Positions 30,853 to 42,225 of a DNA stretch of 64,000 bases are shown in pieces. Source of the stretch: Oculatellaceae cyanobacterium bins.114 (GTDB taxonomy: Bacteria > Cyanobacteriota > Cyanobacteriia > Elainellales > Elainellaceae); assembly GCA_033764315.1 (NCBI GenBank), contig JANRJA010000212.1, forward strand, positions 1-64,000. The letters run 5' to 3'. Under the pieces are notes generated by a model, which worked only from the letters and a program-made list of their open reading frames with translations, did not search any database and was not told the origin of the DNA. Position numbers and translations under genes: made by a program. The first letter of the stretch is position 1. Each line of letters starts with the position of its first letter.

Positions 30853-31554
30853 ATGATGATGACTTCAGGCGACCAGGATTCTAGTCCTCGCGTTCTCCTA
30901 ATTGAGGCGGACGAAACACTGGCTCAGCATGTAAGTGCTGACTTAAGAGAGTCAGGTTACGAAACGGCGATCGCCCATGATGCAGCCGCAGGTCTTCACC
31001 AAGCAAAAGAATTTCAACCCTCTCTCATTGTGATTGATCGCATGTTAGCCGGGGAGTCTGGATTAGCTGTGGTTGAGCGGTTACGAACAGGAGGTGCGCT
31101 AGTACCAGTTCTCTTGCTCATGGCACGCGATAGCATTGACGATCGCATTGCCTGTCTAGAAGCAGGGGCAGATGATTACTTCTTGAAGCCCTACCGCACC
31201 GAAGAATTTCTCAAATTAATCAAGCTCTACCTGCAACCCGAAGTCACCAGCAATGAACAATTGCGGTTTGCCGATCTAATGCTTGATCTGGCAACACGAC
31301 GCGCCTTTCGTAATGACCGCATTATTGACCTGACCATGAAGGAATTTGAACTCCTCAAATACCTGATGGAACATCCTCGTGACGTGCTTACTCGTGAACA
31401 GATTCTTGAGAATGTCTGGGGATATGACTTTTTAGGGGAATCAAATGTGATTGAAGTTTACATTCGCTATCTGCGTCTCAAGATTGAAGATGAAGGCGAG
31501 AAGCGGTTAATTCAAACGGTACGAGGCGTGGGCTATGTGCTCCGGGAAAGCTAA
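30853..31554 (+). CDS. nblR: OmpR-family response regulator NblR
   Basis: Atypical receiver (LLIEADE, IDRML, DDYFLKPY) with OmpR winged helix; adjacent to a DUF192 gene as typical for nblR. Confidence 0.8.
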   Translation: MMMTSGDQDSSPRVLLIEADETLAQHVSADLRESGYETAIAHDAAAGLHQAKEFQPSLIVIDRMLAGESGLAVVERLRTGGALVPVLLLMARDSIDDRIACLEAGADDYFLKPYRTEEFLKLIKLYLQPEVTSNEQLRFADLMLDLATRRAFRNDRIIDLTMKEFELLKYLMEHPRDVLTREQILENVWGYDFLGESNVIEVYIRYLRLKIEDEGEKRLIQTVRGVGYVLRES

Positions 31555-31656
31555 TAGCAACTAGCAATGCCTTACCCAATTGCACCAACCCTATCTAAAA
31601 TAGTGCTGAAGCGTTCTTTCAGGGTGTGTGATATGAGTTAGAGATCACGAAACCTG

Positions 31657-32301
31657 TTGGCAACGAGATCCGTCCTAACTTCAACCCCCTTTACTCCTCG
31701 TCTTACCCGCATGACCCTTCAACCGTTTCTTCCGTCTTTACAGACTCGTCTCCATCTGTTTGGAATTACCCTTGGACTCGGCCTTCTGCTGCTAGCATGC
31801 ACCTCATCCACTCCCAATACCACTAGCAGCACAGATGCGCCCCGTGAGGTGACCCCAACGCCTCGATTAGAGTCACAAATCGGTTCAGGACAGATGTTGC
31901 CTATTACCGCAGAAGCCGAGGTCAGAGGTCAGCGCATTCAACTCGAAGTGGCACTGACTCCAGAACAACAAGCAATGGGGCTGATGTTTCGTCGAGAGTT
32001 GGCAGACGATCGGGGCATGTTGTTTTCTTTTGCGTTTCCCCGTCCGGCTCAGTTTTGGATGAGAAACACACTGATCCCGCTTGATATGGTGTTTTTGCTC
32101 AATGGAGAGGTCAAGGCGATCGCCGCGAATGCAACTCCTTGCACGACACCCACCTGTCCGTTGTATGAGTCGGGCGTTCCTGTTAATCAGGTGATCGAGC
32201 TGCGGGCCGGACGAGCTGCTGATTTAGGGCTACAAGTGGGCGATCGCATCACAATTCGCTCTTTACCGACAAGTTCCTCTGCTGTTCCATCTTCGTTTTA
32301 A
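31657..32301 (+). CDS. DUF192 domain lipoprotein
   Basis: GLMFR, GMLF, FWMRNTLIPLD and VIEL.AG motifs; lipobox LLAC. Confidence 0.88.
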   Translation: MATRSVLTSTPFTPRLTRMTLQPFLPSLQTRLHLFGITLGLGLLLLACTSSTPNTTSSTDAPREVTPTPRLESQIGSGQMLPITAEAEVRGQRIQLEVALTPEQQAMGLMFRRELADDRGMLFSFAFPRPAQFWMRNTLIPLDMVFLLNGEVKAIAANATPCTTPTCPLYESGVPVNQVIELRAGRAADLGLQVGDRITIRSLPTSSSAVPSSF

Positions 32302-32383
32302 TCAAACAACACCTGACTAAAACGCAACCCAGTAAAAGGGGTCGCCGCACCACTCACGCCAATTCAACCAGCAACAGTCACAG

Positions 32384-32450
32384 CGCAGGGGCAGTTTGCG
32401 AAACGTCCCTGAGAGGATATTGATGAGTAGCCCAAATTTTTAGAAATGGG
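32384..32450. repeat. REP-like dispersed repeat, copy 1
   Basis: cgcaggggc..ttgcgaaacgtccctg..atatt.atg.gtagcccaaattt.tagaaatggg, near-identical to 35714-35780. Confidence 0.8.
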
Positions 32451-33098
32451 GTCAAGCCCATAGCGATCGCTTTTACTTTTACAAAAGTTATTAGAAACTT
32501 CTGTAAATTTATCAAGGAAAGACTATACACATGTCTTGAGGATTTGTTAATCTAGCTTTCCGGATGTGACTTAAGAGACAGACAGCTTTACAAAACCCCT
32601 AGAAAACCTCCTTAATTTTACGAGTATGCTTTCAAGCACCGTTTAAAAAAAGGGGTACTCTTGCGGAAGGTTAAAGTCAGCGTTCACAGTTTAATAAGGC
32701 GTAACGCTGTTGATTCAAGCTCATCTCTCACCCTGGTTTGACTCGTCAAACGAGAGAGCGTCAAAGGTTAACTCAATGACCATAAATCCTGTGAGATGAG
32801 TTAAGAAAAAAGCTGATTTACAGATGGCTCTCTAACCAATTGCAGATCTGTCTAAAATCCTAACCAATAGATAGGTTTCAACGGAAACAATTATCTGTTT
32901 ATTAGAAGAAACTCTTGGTTACTGTTGCAGGTTGACTGTCTTTAGTGAAGTACAAAGAAACCTGACTGACTAAAGGACAGATCAAAGAGTGGCTCTTATT
33001 TCCTACGTAGGGAGTTTGAGTACCCCACAATAGGTCAATGATGAGCCATGTTTAATGACAAACAATAAATGAACTCCCTCAGGAGGTGAGTATCAATA

Positions 33099-33290
33099 AT
33101 GACGCCCGCAAAACACTCTCGCTTTATTCAGTTTCTTCAAGATGAGTTGGCAATTTCACCACCTCAGATCGCGATCGCACTCCGGCATCTTGAGCACGAC
33201 CCCGGACCGTTGCCGATGATCTTGTGGCAATATGGCTTGGTTACGTTAGAGCAGCTCGATCGCATTTACGATTGGCTAGAAACGGCTTAA
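33099..33290 (+). CDS. DUF2949 domain small protein
   Basis: FLQDELAI..LPMILWQYGLVTLEQLDRIYDWLE; RBS ggaggtga upstream. Confidence 0.88.
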   Translation: MTPAKHSRFIQFLQDELAISPPQIAIALRHLEHDPGPLPMILWQYGLVTLEQLDRIYDWLETA

Positions 33291-33404
33291 AGTCCTCATT
33301 TCCAGGAGTAACCCTTGATGTTTAGTCGGCTGCACATTATTGCTGATGTGATACGACAACGAAATAAACGCCTCGGAATAACGAATATCTTCAATTTCAA
33401 GAAC

Positions 33405-33438
33405 AAAAGAGCGAGTCAATCAAGACTCGCTCTTTTGC
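33405..33438. terminator. Probable bidirectional terminator
   Basis: caaaagagcgagtc-aatcaa-gactcgctcttttg. Confidence 0.7.
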
Positions 33439-33666
33439 ATTTAAGGGGCGATCGCCCAATCCACCTTTATACCAGGCACTCAGAAATTCTCCCTTGAGTC
33501 CGGCAAAGCCAGAGACTCTAGCGACCCGCATTTTAGTTGAGCCAAATTCGCATTTCGCCTTGATACCAATGCATATGCATCGGATCAGTCCCCCCTTAAC
33601 GACCACTCAAAGCCCCCCAATCACGCAAAGTCCCCCAATTCTGAAGAATTTAGAGGACTGAGGAAC

Positions 33667-33785
33667 TAATACCAATTCCTTAAAGGAGTCCTACAGATGT
33701 CCCCTTCGACTACACTCAGGGGACGCTGACCGAGCGCAGTCGAAGGCAGCCTGATCAGTCGCTCGAATTTGGAGAAGGAGTATAA
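33667..33785. mobile_element. MITE-like element with TAATACCAATTC terminus, copy 1
   Basis: Close reverse-complement match to 61816-61934; internal cttcgac..gtcgaag palindrome. Confidence 0.8.
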
Positions 33786-33824
33786 CTACAGCAATCCCAA
33801 ATGGGTTGTAAGAAGCTAACACAG

Positions 33825-34976
33825 TTAGGATTGAGTCAAGACTTGAGCTGCGGCTGTTGTACCAGACCCCAAGGTGGCATGGGGATAGCCCAACTCTTGC
33901 AGGGTAGCTTCAAGTGCTCCCACTGCTGTCAAAATGTCGCGATCGCTGACAAAGCCCAAATGCCCAATCCGAAAAATCTTGCCACTGAGATGGTCTTGCC
34001 CACCCGCTAGAGCAATATCAAACCGCTTGCGCATGATAGAGCGAATCTGCTCAGCATCGACATCTACAGGGGCGACGGCTGTAATTGCAGGGCTACCCAC
34101 TGAGTCAGCGGTAAATAGCGGTAAACCCAATGCCTTCATTGCAGCACGAGTGGCTCGCATCTGCCGATCGTGTCGCGCAAAGATCTTGTCTAACCCCTCT
34201 TTTTGCATCATTTGTAAAGCAACTTGCAGCCCAAAGAACATGTTGACTGGAGGAGTAAAGGGGCTACTGTTTTTAGCCGCTTCTTTGCGATATTTGCCCA
34301 AGTCTAGATAAAACCGAGGAGATTTAGCGGTGGCGTAAGCGTCCCAAGCTTTTGCGCTGACTGCCACAAAACCCAAACCAGGAGGCAGCATAAAACCCTT
34401 CTGTGAACCAGAGCCAATGACGTCTAGACCCCACTCATCCATCGGTACGCTAATCGCCCCCAAACTGGTGACGGCATCGACAATCATCAACGCACCGTGA
34501 GCGTTGACATAACGGCTAATGGTTTGTAGATCGTTTAGCACCCCAGTCGAGGTTTCGCTGTGGGTTACAATCACAGCTTTGATTTGTTTGTCGGTGTCTG
34601 CTTCTAGCTGTGCTCGAAACTCTTCGGGATCAAGGGGTTTACCCCATTCAGCCGTGACTTGCTCAACCGCATAGCTGTAGGCTTGACAGACCTTTGCCCA
34701 GCGATCGCCAAACTTGCCGTTGTTGCCCACTAAGACGCGATCGCCCGGACTGAGGAAATTGATGATGCCTGCTTCCATAGCTCCGGTGCCACTAGCCGCG
34801 AGAATCAACACATCATTTTGGGTCTGGTGTAGCCACTTTAATCCCTCAGTTACCTCAGCGATGACCTTGCTAAAGTCGCCACTGCGGTGACCAATAGGGT
34901 GTTTGGCAAGGGCGCGTAAAACTTGTTCTGGTACTGGGGTCGGACCAGGGATCATTAACATTAACTTATCGTCCAT
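33825..34976 (-). CDS. Class V aminotransferase (alanine-glyoxylate / serine-pyruvate type)
   Basis: MIPGPTPVP, SGTGAMEA, HSETSTG, DAVTS and GSQK (PLP lysine) motifs. Confidence 0.92.
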   Translation of the reverse strand: MDDKLMLMIPGPTPVPEQVLRALAKHPIGHRSGDFSKVIAEVTEGLKWLHQTQNDVLILAASGTGAMEAGIINFLSPGDRVLVGNNGKFGDRWAKVCQAYSYAVEQVTAEWGKPLDPEEFRAQLEADTDKQIKAVIVTHSETSTGVLNDLQTISRYVNAHGALMIVDAVTSLGAISVPMDEWGLDVIGSGSQKGFMLPPGLGFVAVSAKAWDAYATAKSPRFYLDLGKYRKEAAKNSSPFTPPVNMFFGLQVALQMMQKEGLDKIFARHDRQMRATRAAMKALGLPLFTADSVGSPAITAVAPVDVDAEQIRSIMRKRFDIALAGGQDHLSGKIFRIGHLGFVSDRDILTAVGALEATLQELGYPHATLGSGTTAAAQVLTQS

Positions 34977-35191
34977 CTGTCTGTCCTGCCTGTAAAAACT
35001 TGACGCATCGCGCGTTACGGTGCTTTCAATGCGATCGAACCCGGCGATTTGAGCGTTATGTGTGCAAATTGGAGTAGATCCAGAATGACATAACTTTTCC
35101 CCATCGTTGCTAAAGCACAGGTTAAATAGAGCAATAAACCCCCAGCACTGCCAGGGGTTTGTTCAGCAAGATGGGTGATGCTGATCAAGAT

Positions 35192-35506
35192 TCATGAGCG
35201 AGAGTCAGCATTGCCACGGTAACGTTGCTCAATCCAAATTCGCACTTCCATTTCCGAGAGCAAGCGAACGGTTTGTTGAGTGATTGGATCGTACACATTC
35301 CACCAAGCCTCACCCGACCGATTTTGGGTCTGCCAAATCTGAAGTTCAGAACCGTGCGATAAAAAAGCGAGGAGCTGTTGTCCGAGGGTCTTAAGAACTG
35401 ACAACGCCGCAGAACCGATGGATTTGACCTGTTTTGCCGGATTGAAGAGAGATTCCGGTTTTTGAGTCGGATGAATTCCATTCATCCGCTGTTCATAGGT
35501 TGCCAT
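35192..35506 (-). CDS. Conserved-type cyanobacterial hypothetical protein
   Basis: ELQIWQ..R.G..WW.VYDP.T..SE.EVR.WIEQRY pattern; RBS gagg; hairpin at about 35136-35161. Confidence 0.75.
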   Translation of the reverse strand: MATYEQRMNGIHPTQKPESLFNPAKQVKSIGSAALSVLKTLGQQLLAFLSHGSELQIWQTQNRSGEAWWNVYDPITQQTVRLLSEMEVRIWIEQRYRGNADSRS

Positions 35507-35713
35507 TTGAATGACCTCTAAAGCGATTCAGTATGTGAGTGAAAGCTTTTTCTACTCACATTCTTAGAATACCCATCGCACTTAATAACACACTTCACCT
35601 GGCTGATTCATCCAATGGAATGAGAATCAATCGGTCTAGAGATATTTGACTTGGTGTTTGGTCTCAAACGTGCCTTTTATACCCATTTAAATTGACTTTG
35701 CGGCACATGACTT

Positions 35714-35780
35714 CGCAGGGGCATTTTGCGAAACGTCCCTGCAACAATATTCATGGGTAGCCCAAATTTCTAGAAATGGG
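35714..35780. repeat. REP-like dispersed repeat, copy 2
   Basis: Matches 32384-32450. Confidence 0.8.
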
Positions 35781-35824
35781 ATTGCGAGGATACAAAAGAC
35801 AGATATTGCTGGTTTTGTTAAAGC

Positions 35825-36217
35825 TTACTGAAAATCGTTTATGGCATTGGAAATTTCTAGCAGATTGCCATCGGGATCGCGAATATAGAGGGAAGCGATC
35901 GCCCCTAAAGCCCCAGTGCGGGTGACAATTCCCTGCTCGATGACAATTCCCAACGACTGAAGATGCTCTACTACTTGCTCTAGCGGAGTGGCCGTGATGA
36001 AACACAAATCGGCTGATCCCGATGTGGGATACAACGCTTTGGGTTCAAACTCTTTGCCGACCTGGTGCAGATTAATTTTGTGTTGCCCAAATTGTAGAGC
36101 TTTGCGATCGCCCCCAAAAGTAACAACCTGCATCCCCAATGCCCGAGTATAAAAATCGCAGGTGGCTGGGATATCTTGAACGGTTAACACAAGATGATCG
36201 AGGCGATCGATATGCAT
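35825..36217 (-). CDS. VOC/glyoxalase family protein
   Basis: LDHLVLTV, KINLH, GSADLCF and RDPDGNLLE motifs. Confidence 0.9.
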   Translation of the reverse strand: MHIDRLDHLVLTVQDIPATCDFYTRALGMQVVTFGGDRKALQFGQHKINLHQVGKEFEPKALYPTSGSADLCFITATPLEQVVEHLQSLGIVIEQGIVTRTGALGAIASLYIRDPDGNLLEISNAINDFQ

Positions 36218-36223
36218 GGGTTC

Positions 36224-37189
36224 TTACGCTGCAAACTCCCACATGACGGGATTGCTATCTAAATGATCAGTGACGGTACGCCCGATCGCGCTAATCTCTG
36301 CTAAATCATCAGAGGAGAGGTTAATATCTGCGGCCTTAACATTTTGCAGGGCTTGCTCAGCGTTGCGTGCTCCGGCGATCGCACAGGTCTGAGGCTGAGC
36401 AATTAGCCATGCTAAAGCCAGTTGCGCCAGGGTGCATTGATGCCGCTCGGCGATAGGACGTAAACGGCTCAGAGCGGCCTGTGCCCGCTCATAGTTTTGT
36501 CCCTTAAAGAGTTTGTTTTTAGCCCGAACGTCGCCTTCTTGAAACTGGTGATCGGGTTTAAACTTGCCTGTCAACAATCCTTGTGCCAGCGGTGAGTAAG
36601 CCAAAATTGAGATATTGTTCTCAACGCAGTAGGGCATTGCATCCGTTTCAACACCACGCCAAAACAGGTTATAGGGCGGTTGCAGGCTAGCAATCTGTCC
36701 ATATTGCGAGGCTTCAGCGAGTTGGTTGCCAGAGAAGTTAGAAACCCCGATCGCCCGAATTTTGCCTTGATCCTGGAGTTTGTTAAGAGCTTCCATCGTT
36801 TCCCCAATAGGCACTAGCTCATTGTTAAAGCTGCCAGCAGGCCAGTGGATTTGATAAAGGTCGATATACTCGGTGTTTAAGTGCTGCAAGGAGCGATCGC
36901 ACGCCTCTAACACCTGGTCATATTTCAAATGATTGGCAAACACTTTGGTAGCAAGCACGACTTGGTCGCGCACATCGCTTAACGCCTTTGCCACAATCTG
37001 CTCTGAATACCCATTTCCGTAAACTTCGGCGGTATCAAAAGTGGTAATTCCAGCATCAAACGCAGCTTTTAGAGCACTGATAATGTCATCATCTTCGATC
37101 CCAACCCAACCCCCTTTACCCGCCTGCCAGGTGCCCATAATGATTGGAGTGATTGCGATTCCTGATTTACCCAAGGTTCGTTTTTCCAT
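36224..37189 (-). CDS. Aldo/keto reductase
   Basis: FDTAEVYG, ATK, IDLYQIHWP, GVSNF and YSPLAQG motifs; likely ATG at 37189. Confidence 0.92.
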   Translation of the reverse strand: MEKRTLGKSGIAITPIIMGTWQAGKGGWVGIEDDDIISALKAAFDAGITTFDTAEVYGNGYSEQIVAKALSDVRDQVVLATKVFANHLKYDQVLEACDRSLQHLNTEYIDLYQIHWPAGSFNNELVPIGETMEALNKLQDQGKIRAIGVSNFSGNQLAEASQYGQIASLQPPYNLFWRGVETDAMPYCVENNISILAYSPLAQGLLTGKFKPDHQFQEGDVRAKNKLFKGQNYERAQAALSRLRPIAERHQCTLAQLALAWLIAQPQTCAIAGARNAEQALQNVKAADINLSSDDLAEISAIGRTVTDHLDSNPVMWEFAA

Positions 37190-37318
37190 ACTGATGCCTG
37201 ATCGCAACACATAAACGGTAACAAATTTGCGCAGAAGGGAAACCTGACTTGGGTAGACATTGAGCAAATTTGCCCCTACAGTTTGCAGCAGTGGGCACGA
37301 TGAGGAGTAGTGAGGAGT

Positions 37319-38038
37319 ATGCAACCACTGATTATTGCTCACCGAGGAGCATCCGCCTACACAAAGGAAAACACCCTGATTTCTTTTGACAAGGCGATCG
37401 CCCTTGGTGCAGATATGGTCGAGTTCGATATCAGACGCACCCGTGATCGAGTGTTAATCATTCATCACGATGCTGAAATCAATCAAAAACCGATTCGTCA
37501 ATTAACCTATGCTCAAATTCGAGCGGTCGATCCCGATATTCCAACCCTGGAAGAGGCGATCGCCCTATGTCAAGGTCGGGTGCGGCTCGATGTAGAGCTA
37601 AAAGAGGCAGGTTACGAAAAACGAGTCGTTGAGCTGCTATCACACCACTTTCCTAGAGACAAATTTGTCATCACCTCGTTTCACCCCTTCGCCATCAACA
37701 CCGTCAAACGCCTTTACCCCGACATTAAGACGGGGTTTTTATTTGGTTATGGAACGGTAGATTTCTGCCGCTCATTTTGGTTTAATTCTAAGTCCGTGAG
37801 CGATCGCATTCGAGAAATGAGAGCTGATTTTATTGCCCCTCATTGGGAGCTTTTAGAAACCGATCTGCTCTCTAGAGTCGTCACCGGAAACATGCCTATC
37901 TGGGTCTGGACAGTAAACGAAGCCCCTGTGATGGAGCGGTTGCTGACAGACCCCCGCATAGAGGGGATCATTACTGACAAACCTGATCTAGGAGTGCAAA
38001 TGCGCCAAAGAGCATTGGCATATCCAGAATTGGTTTGA
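37319..38038 (+). CDS. Glycerophosphodiester phosphodiesterase
   Basis: IAHRGAS..EN, EFD, HD, ELK, WTVN and ITD motifs. Confidence 0.9.
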   Translation: MQPLIIAHRGASAYTKENTLISFDKAIALGADMVEFDIRRTRDRVLIIHHDAEINQKPIRQLTYAQIRAVDPDIPTLEEAIALCQGRVRLDVELKEAGYEKRVVELLSHHFPRDKFVITSFHPFAINTVKRLYPDIKTGFLFGYGTVDFCRSFWFNSKSVSDRIREMRADFIAPHWELLETDLLSRVVTGNMPIWVWTVNEAPVMERLLTDPRIEGIITDKPDLGVQMRQRALAYPELV

Positions 38039-38277
38039 AATCAGAAAAGCTAACGGATGAACACTCAAAGATCCATCAGACGTGACAGGTAAGCCCGGAT
38101 TGTCCAACCCACCTTCATGGCACATCTTCATGGCGCATCTTCATGACGTAGGTTCAACAGGTGGGTGCAACATTCGGGCTAGTGCGGGCATTGTGCCCGC
38201 ATACCTTTTTCAGTGGGGATCAAACCCTTCGTTTATCAACTAGCCTTCATTCTTAACCTTTATCCCTTATGGGCTGA

Positions 38278-39261
38278 TCAACAACTCACAACCCGATTGC
38301 GTCCTTGCGATTTAGCAGTGAGAAGATTGTGATCAGCCCGTCTTAGCATGCTAGTGCCCCTGACATCATCGTCTGGGAGGAGAGAAGCCGTTCCAGCACT
38401 GACGGTGATGCGCAGATCGAGAGTTTCATCAATGACAAAAGGTTGCTCCGCAATCAGACGGCAGAGCCGACGAGCAACGAGGTTAGCTTCAGTGCAATCT
38501 GTTTCACTGAGAATAATGACAAATTCTTCGCCGCCATAGCGAAAAGGCGTGTCATAAAATCGCAAGTTGTGGCGTAGACGAGTGGCAATGAGTTGCAGGG
38601 CACGATCGCCCACAAGATGCCCATAGGTGTCGTTAATAGTCTTGAAAAAATCTACATCCAACATCATCAAGCTGATGGGCAGATCGCGTGAACGGGCATT
38701 GTTGATTTGACGGGGCAACTCCCATTCAAAAGCGCGGCGATTATTTAACTCGGTGAGTGGGTCAGACAGGGCGATCGCCGACAACACATCATTAGCTCGC
38801 ATGAGCTCTCGATGATTGTGAACGCGCCGCAACCCAACCTGAACATGCGCTTGCAACAGTCGAATAAATGGCTTTTGCGTCTCAAGTTGAGATAATTGAG
38901 ACGCGAATTGAGGAAATTGGGTTAACAGATAAGCATCGGCTCCAGCATCAAGGGCCTTAATTTCGCTTTCAAGCGATCGCTGCATCTGAAGCGTTGGATC
39001 GACCTCAAACTTACAATCTTCTAGAACGATGCAGTAAATCCACGACAAGCGACTTTGTTCTTTAATTTGATGGCACAAAGCAAAACTGTCCGGTTGATTG
39101 GCTTGCAATATCAATAAATCAGGTTGTTGAGCCTGAATCAGAGGTACTGCTTCCGCAGGATTGCTAGCAACTTCGATGGTAGAGGCGGTGATATCACGAA
39201 TAGGTTCAAGAATAGTCGCGAGAAAGAGCTCGCACCCAACAAGAAGAATAGAAGCATCCAT
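38278..39261 (-). CDS. Diguanylate cyclase with pseudo-receiver domain
   Basis: DPLT, DVDFFK.INDTYGH and RYGGEEF motifs; I-site RFYD; receiver lacks the phospho-Asp. Confidence 0.9.
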   Translation of the reverse strand: MDASILLVGCELFLATILEPIRDITASTIEVASNPAEAVPLIQAQQPDLLILQANQPDSFALCHQIKEQSRLSWIYCIVLEDCKFEVDPTLQMQRSLESEIKALDAGADAYLLTQFPQFASQLSQLETQKPFIRLLQAHVQVGLRRVHNHRELMRANDVLSAIALSDPLTELNNRRAFEWELPRQINNARSRDLPISLMMLDVDFFKTINDTYGHLVGDRALQLIATRLRHNLRFYDTPFRYGGEEFVIILSETDCTEANLVARRLCRLIAEQPFVIDETLDLRITVSAGTASLLPDDDVRGTSMLRRADHNLLTAKSQGRNRVVSC

Positions 39262-39580
39262 TGATAGCGAAGGAGCTTGCTGTAGTAATTTTTATCTCGT
39301 TAAGATAAATTTATTTTTTGGAGATCCTCAGCCATATCAACAAACTTAACCGTTTTTGCCGGCTTTAATTTGATGTAAAGCATTTTGTATCTCAAGTTTA
39401 CCCAGGTCTAGATTGGCTACACACATATTGAGGTGAATTCCTTACCGTGTAACCTTTCCAACTCTTTATTGGCAGATTGGAACGATCGTAATTGCTTAAA
39501 TGGTGATGATATCACCGGATTTTGTCGAATCCTGCGGCATGATTGAGAATAGAATAAGCGTGCAATTCAGTAAAAACTCC

Positions 39581-42208
39581 ATGTCCACTCCCCTTAGCGG
39601 CGCTCAGATCCGACAAACATTCCTGGATTTTTATGCAGCCAGAGGGCATCAAATTTTGCCCAGTGCTTCGTTGGTGCCTGAAGACCCAACCGTACTGTTG
39701 ACGATCGCAGGTATGTTGCCGTTTAAGCCCATCTTTTTGGGACAGCGCACTGCCGAATTTCAACGAGCAACTAGCTCACAAAAATGTATTCGCACCAACG
39801 ACATTGAGAATGTGGGTCGCACGGCGAGACACCAGACTTTTTTTGAGATGCTGGGTAACTTCAGCTTTGGCGATTATTTCAAAGAGAAGGCGATCGCTTG
39901 GGCATGGGAGTTGTCTACTCAGGTGTTTCAGTTGCCTGCCGAACAGTTGGTTGTCAGTGTTTTTCGGGAAGATGACGAAGCATTTGCGATTTGGCGCGAC
40001 CAGATCGGTGTGCCTGTTGCTCGCATCAAACGCATGGATGAGGCCGATAACTTTTGGGTATCGGGGCCAACGGGTCCCTGTGGGCCGTGTTCGGAGATTT
40101 ACTATGACTTTCACCCAGAGCGGGGCGATGACACCATCGACTTAGAAGACGACACGCGCTTCATTGAGTTTTATAACCTGGTGTTCATGCAATACAACCG
40201 GGATGTTGATGGTAAGCTCACTCCCTTGCAAGCCCAAAATATTGATACGGGCATGGGGTTAGAGCGCATTACCCAGATTTTGCAAAAGGTGCCGAATAAC
40301 TTTGAGACTGATCTGATCTTGCCGATTGTCAAAACGGCGGCCAGTCTAGCAGGGATTGATTACTTCAAAGCCGATGAGACGACCCAAGTGTCGCTCAAGG
40401 TAATTGGCGATCACGTTCGTGCGGTCATGCACATGATTGCCGATGGTATTATGGCGTCCAATTTAGGACGGGGCTATGTACTGCGGCGGTTGATTCGGCG
40501 GGCAGTGCGTCATGGTCGTCTGATTGGCATCGATCGCCCGTTTATGACTGAGGTGGCAGAAACAGCGATCGCCCTCAACGAGGAAGCTTATCCCAATGTG
40601 CGTCAGCGTGAAGTGGCGATTAAAGCCGAGTTGCAACTTGAAGAAGCCCGGTTCTTAGAAACCCTCGATCGGGGTGAAAAGCTGTTGGCAGATATTTTGG
40701 CGAAAGTCGGCAAAGCCGGAGAGATTTCGGGACGCGATGCTTTCATTCTCTATGACACTTATGGCTTTCCGTTGGAGTTGACCCAGGAAATTGCTGAAGA
40801 GAAAGGGTTAACCGTAGATGCGGCTGGGTTTGAAGCTGAGATGGAGCAACAACGACAGCGATCGCAAGCGGCACACGAAACCATCGACCTGACGGTGCAG
40901 GGGTCACTCGACAAATTAGCGGAGCACTTACACGAAACCAGTTTTTTGGGCTACAACCAGGCATCCAGTCCAGCCGAGGTGAAGTTGCTGCTGGTGGCAG
41001 GTCAACCCGTAGATAGTGCTGAGGCGGGAACCGCGGTTCAAATTGCGCTCGATCAAACCCCTTTTTATGCCGAATCTGGGGGACAAGTTGGCGATCGCGG
41101 CTATCTCTCAGGGGCTGATGTGGTCGTTCGAGTGGAAGATGTCAAAAAGGAAGGGGCTATCTTCGTTCACTTTGGGCGAATTGAGCGGGGCACCTTAAAC
41201 CTGGGCGATCGCGTCACAGCCCAGATCGACCTGTCGTGTCGGCGTCGAGCCCAAGCAAACCATACCGCAACACACCTGTTGCAAGCCGCACTCAAGCAAT
41301 TGATTGACCCCAACATCAGCCAGCAGGGGTCACTGGTCGCCTTTGACCGGATGCGGTTTGACTTTAACTTCTCACGGGCACTCACCGCTGAAGAGTTGGA
41401 GCAGATCGAAGAGCAGATCAACACCTGGATTGCCGAAGCTCACACAGCTCACATCGAAGTGATGCCGATCGCGGAGGCAAAAGCCAAAGGAGCCACGGCT
41501 ATGTTTGGTGAAAAATATGGCGATGAGGTGCGGGTGATCGACTTCGCGGGTGTGTCGATGGAGTTGTGTGGTGGCACCCACGTCAGCAACACGGCTGAAA
41601 TTGGCTTGTTCAAAATCATTTCTGAAACTGGAGTAGCCGCAGGCATTCGGCGAATTGAAGGGGTCGCAGGTCCAGCCGTGCTGGAATATCTCAACGTGCG
41701 CGATCGCGTCGTGCGAGAGTTGAGCGATCGCTTTAAGGCGAAACCAGAGGAAGTGCTCGATCGGGTTACTTCCTTGCAAACCGAGTTGAAAACAACCCAA
41801 AAACAACTGGAGCAACTCAAATCAGAACTGGCGATCGCCAAGTCAGATCAGTTACTTGAACAGGCCGAAGCCGTGGGTGGCTTCAAGATTTTGGTGGCCC
41901 ATATGGAAGGGGTCGATGCAGATTCTCTGAAAACAGCTGCCGAACGACTCTTGCAAAAACTGGGAGACGGAGCAGTCGTGTTAGGTTCTGTGCCCGAACC
42001 CGAAAAAGTCAGTCTGGTGGCTGCCTTTAGCAAAGGGGTCAACGACAAAGGACTGCAAGCAGGGAAATTTATTGGGGCGATCGCCAAGCTGTGTGGCGGT
42101 GGCGGTGGCGGTCGTCCGAACTTTGCCCAGGCAGGAGGACGCGATGCCAGCAAGCTACCAGAAGCCTTGGAAAAAGCTCATCAAGATTTGCTCACAACTT
42201 TGAGCTAG
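39581..42208 (+). CDS. alaS: Alanine--tRNA ligase
   Basis: [35 protein letters not shown] and GGGGG.P..AQAGG motifs; likely ATG at 39581. Confidence 0.98.
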   Translation: MSTPLSGAQIRQTFLDFYAARGHQILPSASLVPEDPTVLLTIAGMLPFKPIFLGQRTAEFQRATSSQKCIRTNDIENVGRTARHQTFFEMLGNFSFGDYFKEKAIAWAWELSTQVFQLPAEQLVVSVFREDDEAFAIWRDQIGVPVARIKRMDEADNFWVSGPTGPCGPCSEIYYDFHPERGDDTIDLEDDTRFIEFYNLVFMQYNRDVDGKLTPLQAQNIDTGMGLERITQILQKVPNNFETDLILPIVKTAASLAGIDYFKADETTQVSLKVIGDHVRAVMHMIADGIMASNLGRGYVLRRLIRRAVRHGRLIGIDRPFMTEVAETAIALNEEAYPNVRQREVAIKAELQLEEARFLETLDRGEKLLADILAKVGKAGEISGRDAFILYDTYGFPLELTQEIAEEKGLTVDAAGFEAEMEQQRQRSQAAHETIDLTVQGSLDKLAEHLHETSFLGYNQASSPAEVKLLLVAGQPVDSAEAGTAVQIALDQTPFYAESGGQVGDRGYLSGADVVVRVEDVKKEGAIFVHFGRIERGTLNLGDRVTAQIDLSCRRRAQANHTATHLLQAALKQLIDPNISQQGSLVAFDRMRFDFNFSRALTAEELEQIEEQINTWIAEAHTAHIEVMPIAEAKAKGATAMFGEKYGDEVRVIDFAGVSMELCGGTHVSNTAEIGLFKIISETGVAAGIRRIEGVAGPAVLEYLNVRDRVVRELSDRFKAKPEEVLDRVTSLQTELKTTQKQLEQLKSELAIAKSDQLLEQAEAVGGFKILVAHMEGVDADSLKTAAERLLQKLGDGAVVLGSVPEPEKVSLVAAFSKGVNDKGLQAGKFIGAIAKLCGGGGGGRPNFAQAGGRDASKLPEALEKAHQDLLTTLS

Positions 42209-42225
42209 AACCGCCATTTTTAATG

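Noticed and set aside
32565..32580. CRP-like site TGTGA-N6-AGACA upstream of DUF2949 gene
   Set aside because: Two mismatches and far from the gene; cannot be supported
33397..33606. 69-aa minus-strand ORF and 60-aa plus-strand ORF (33315-33497)
   Set aside because: No recognisable motif, and both run through a terminator hairpin
35031..35050. gatcgaacccgg resembling a tRNA T-arm
   Set aside because: No acceptor stem or cloverleaf can be formed
39512..42153. Numerous antisense and alternate-frame ORFs inside alaS and other long genes
   Set aside because: Shadow ORFs of well-supported genes
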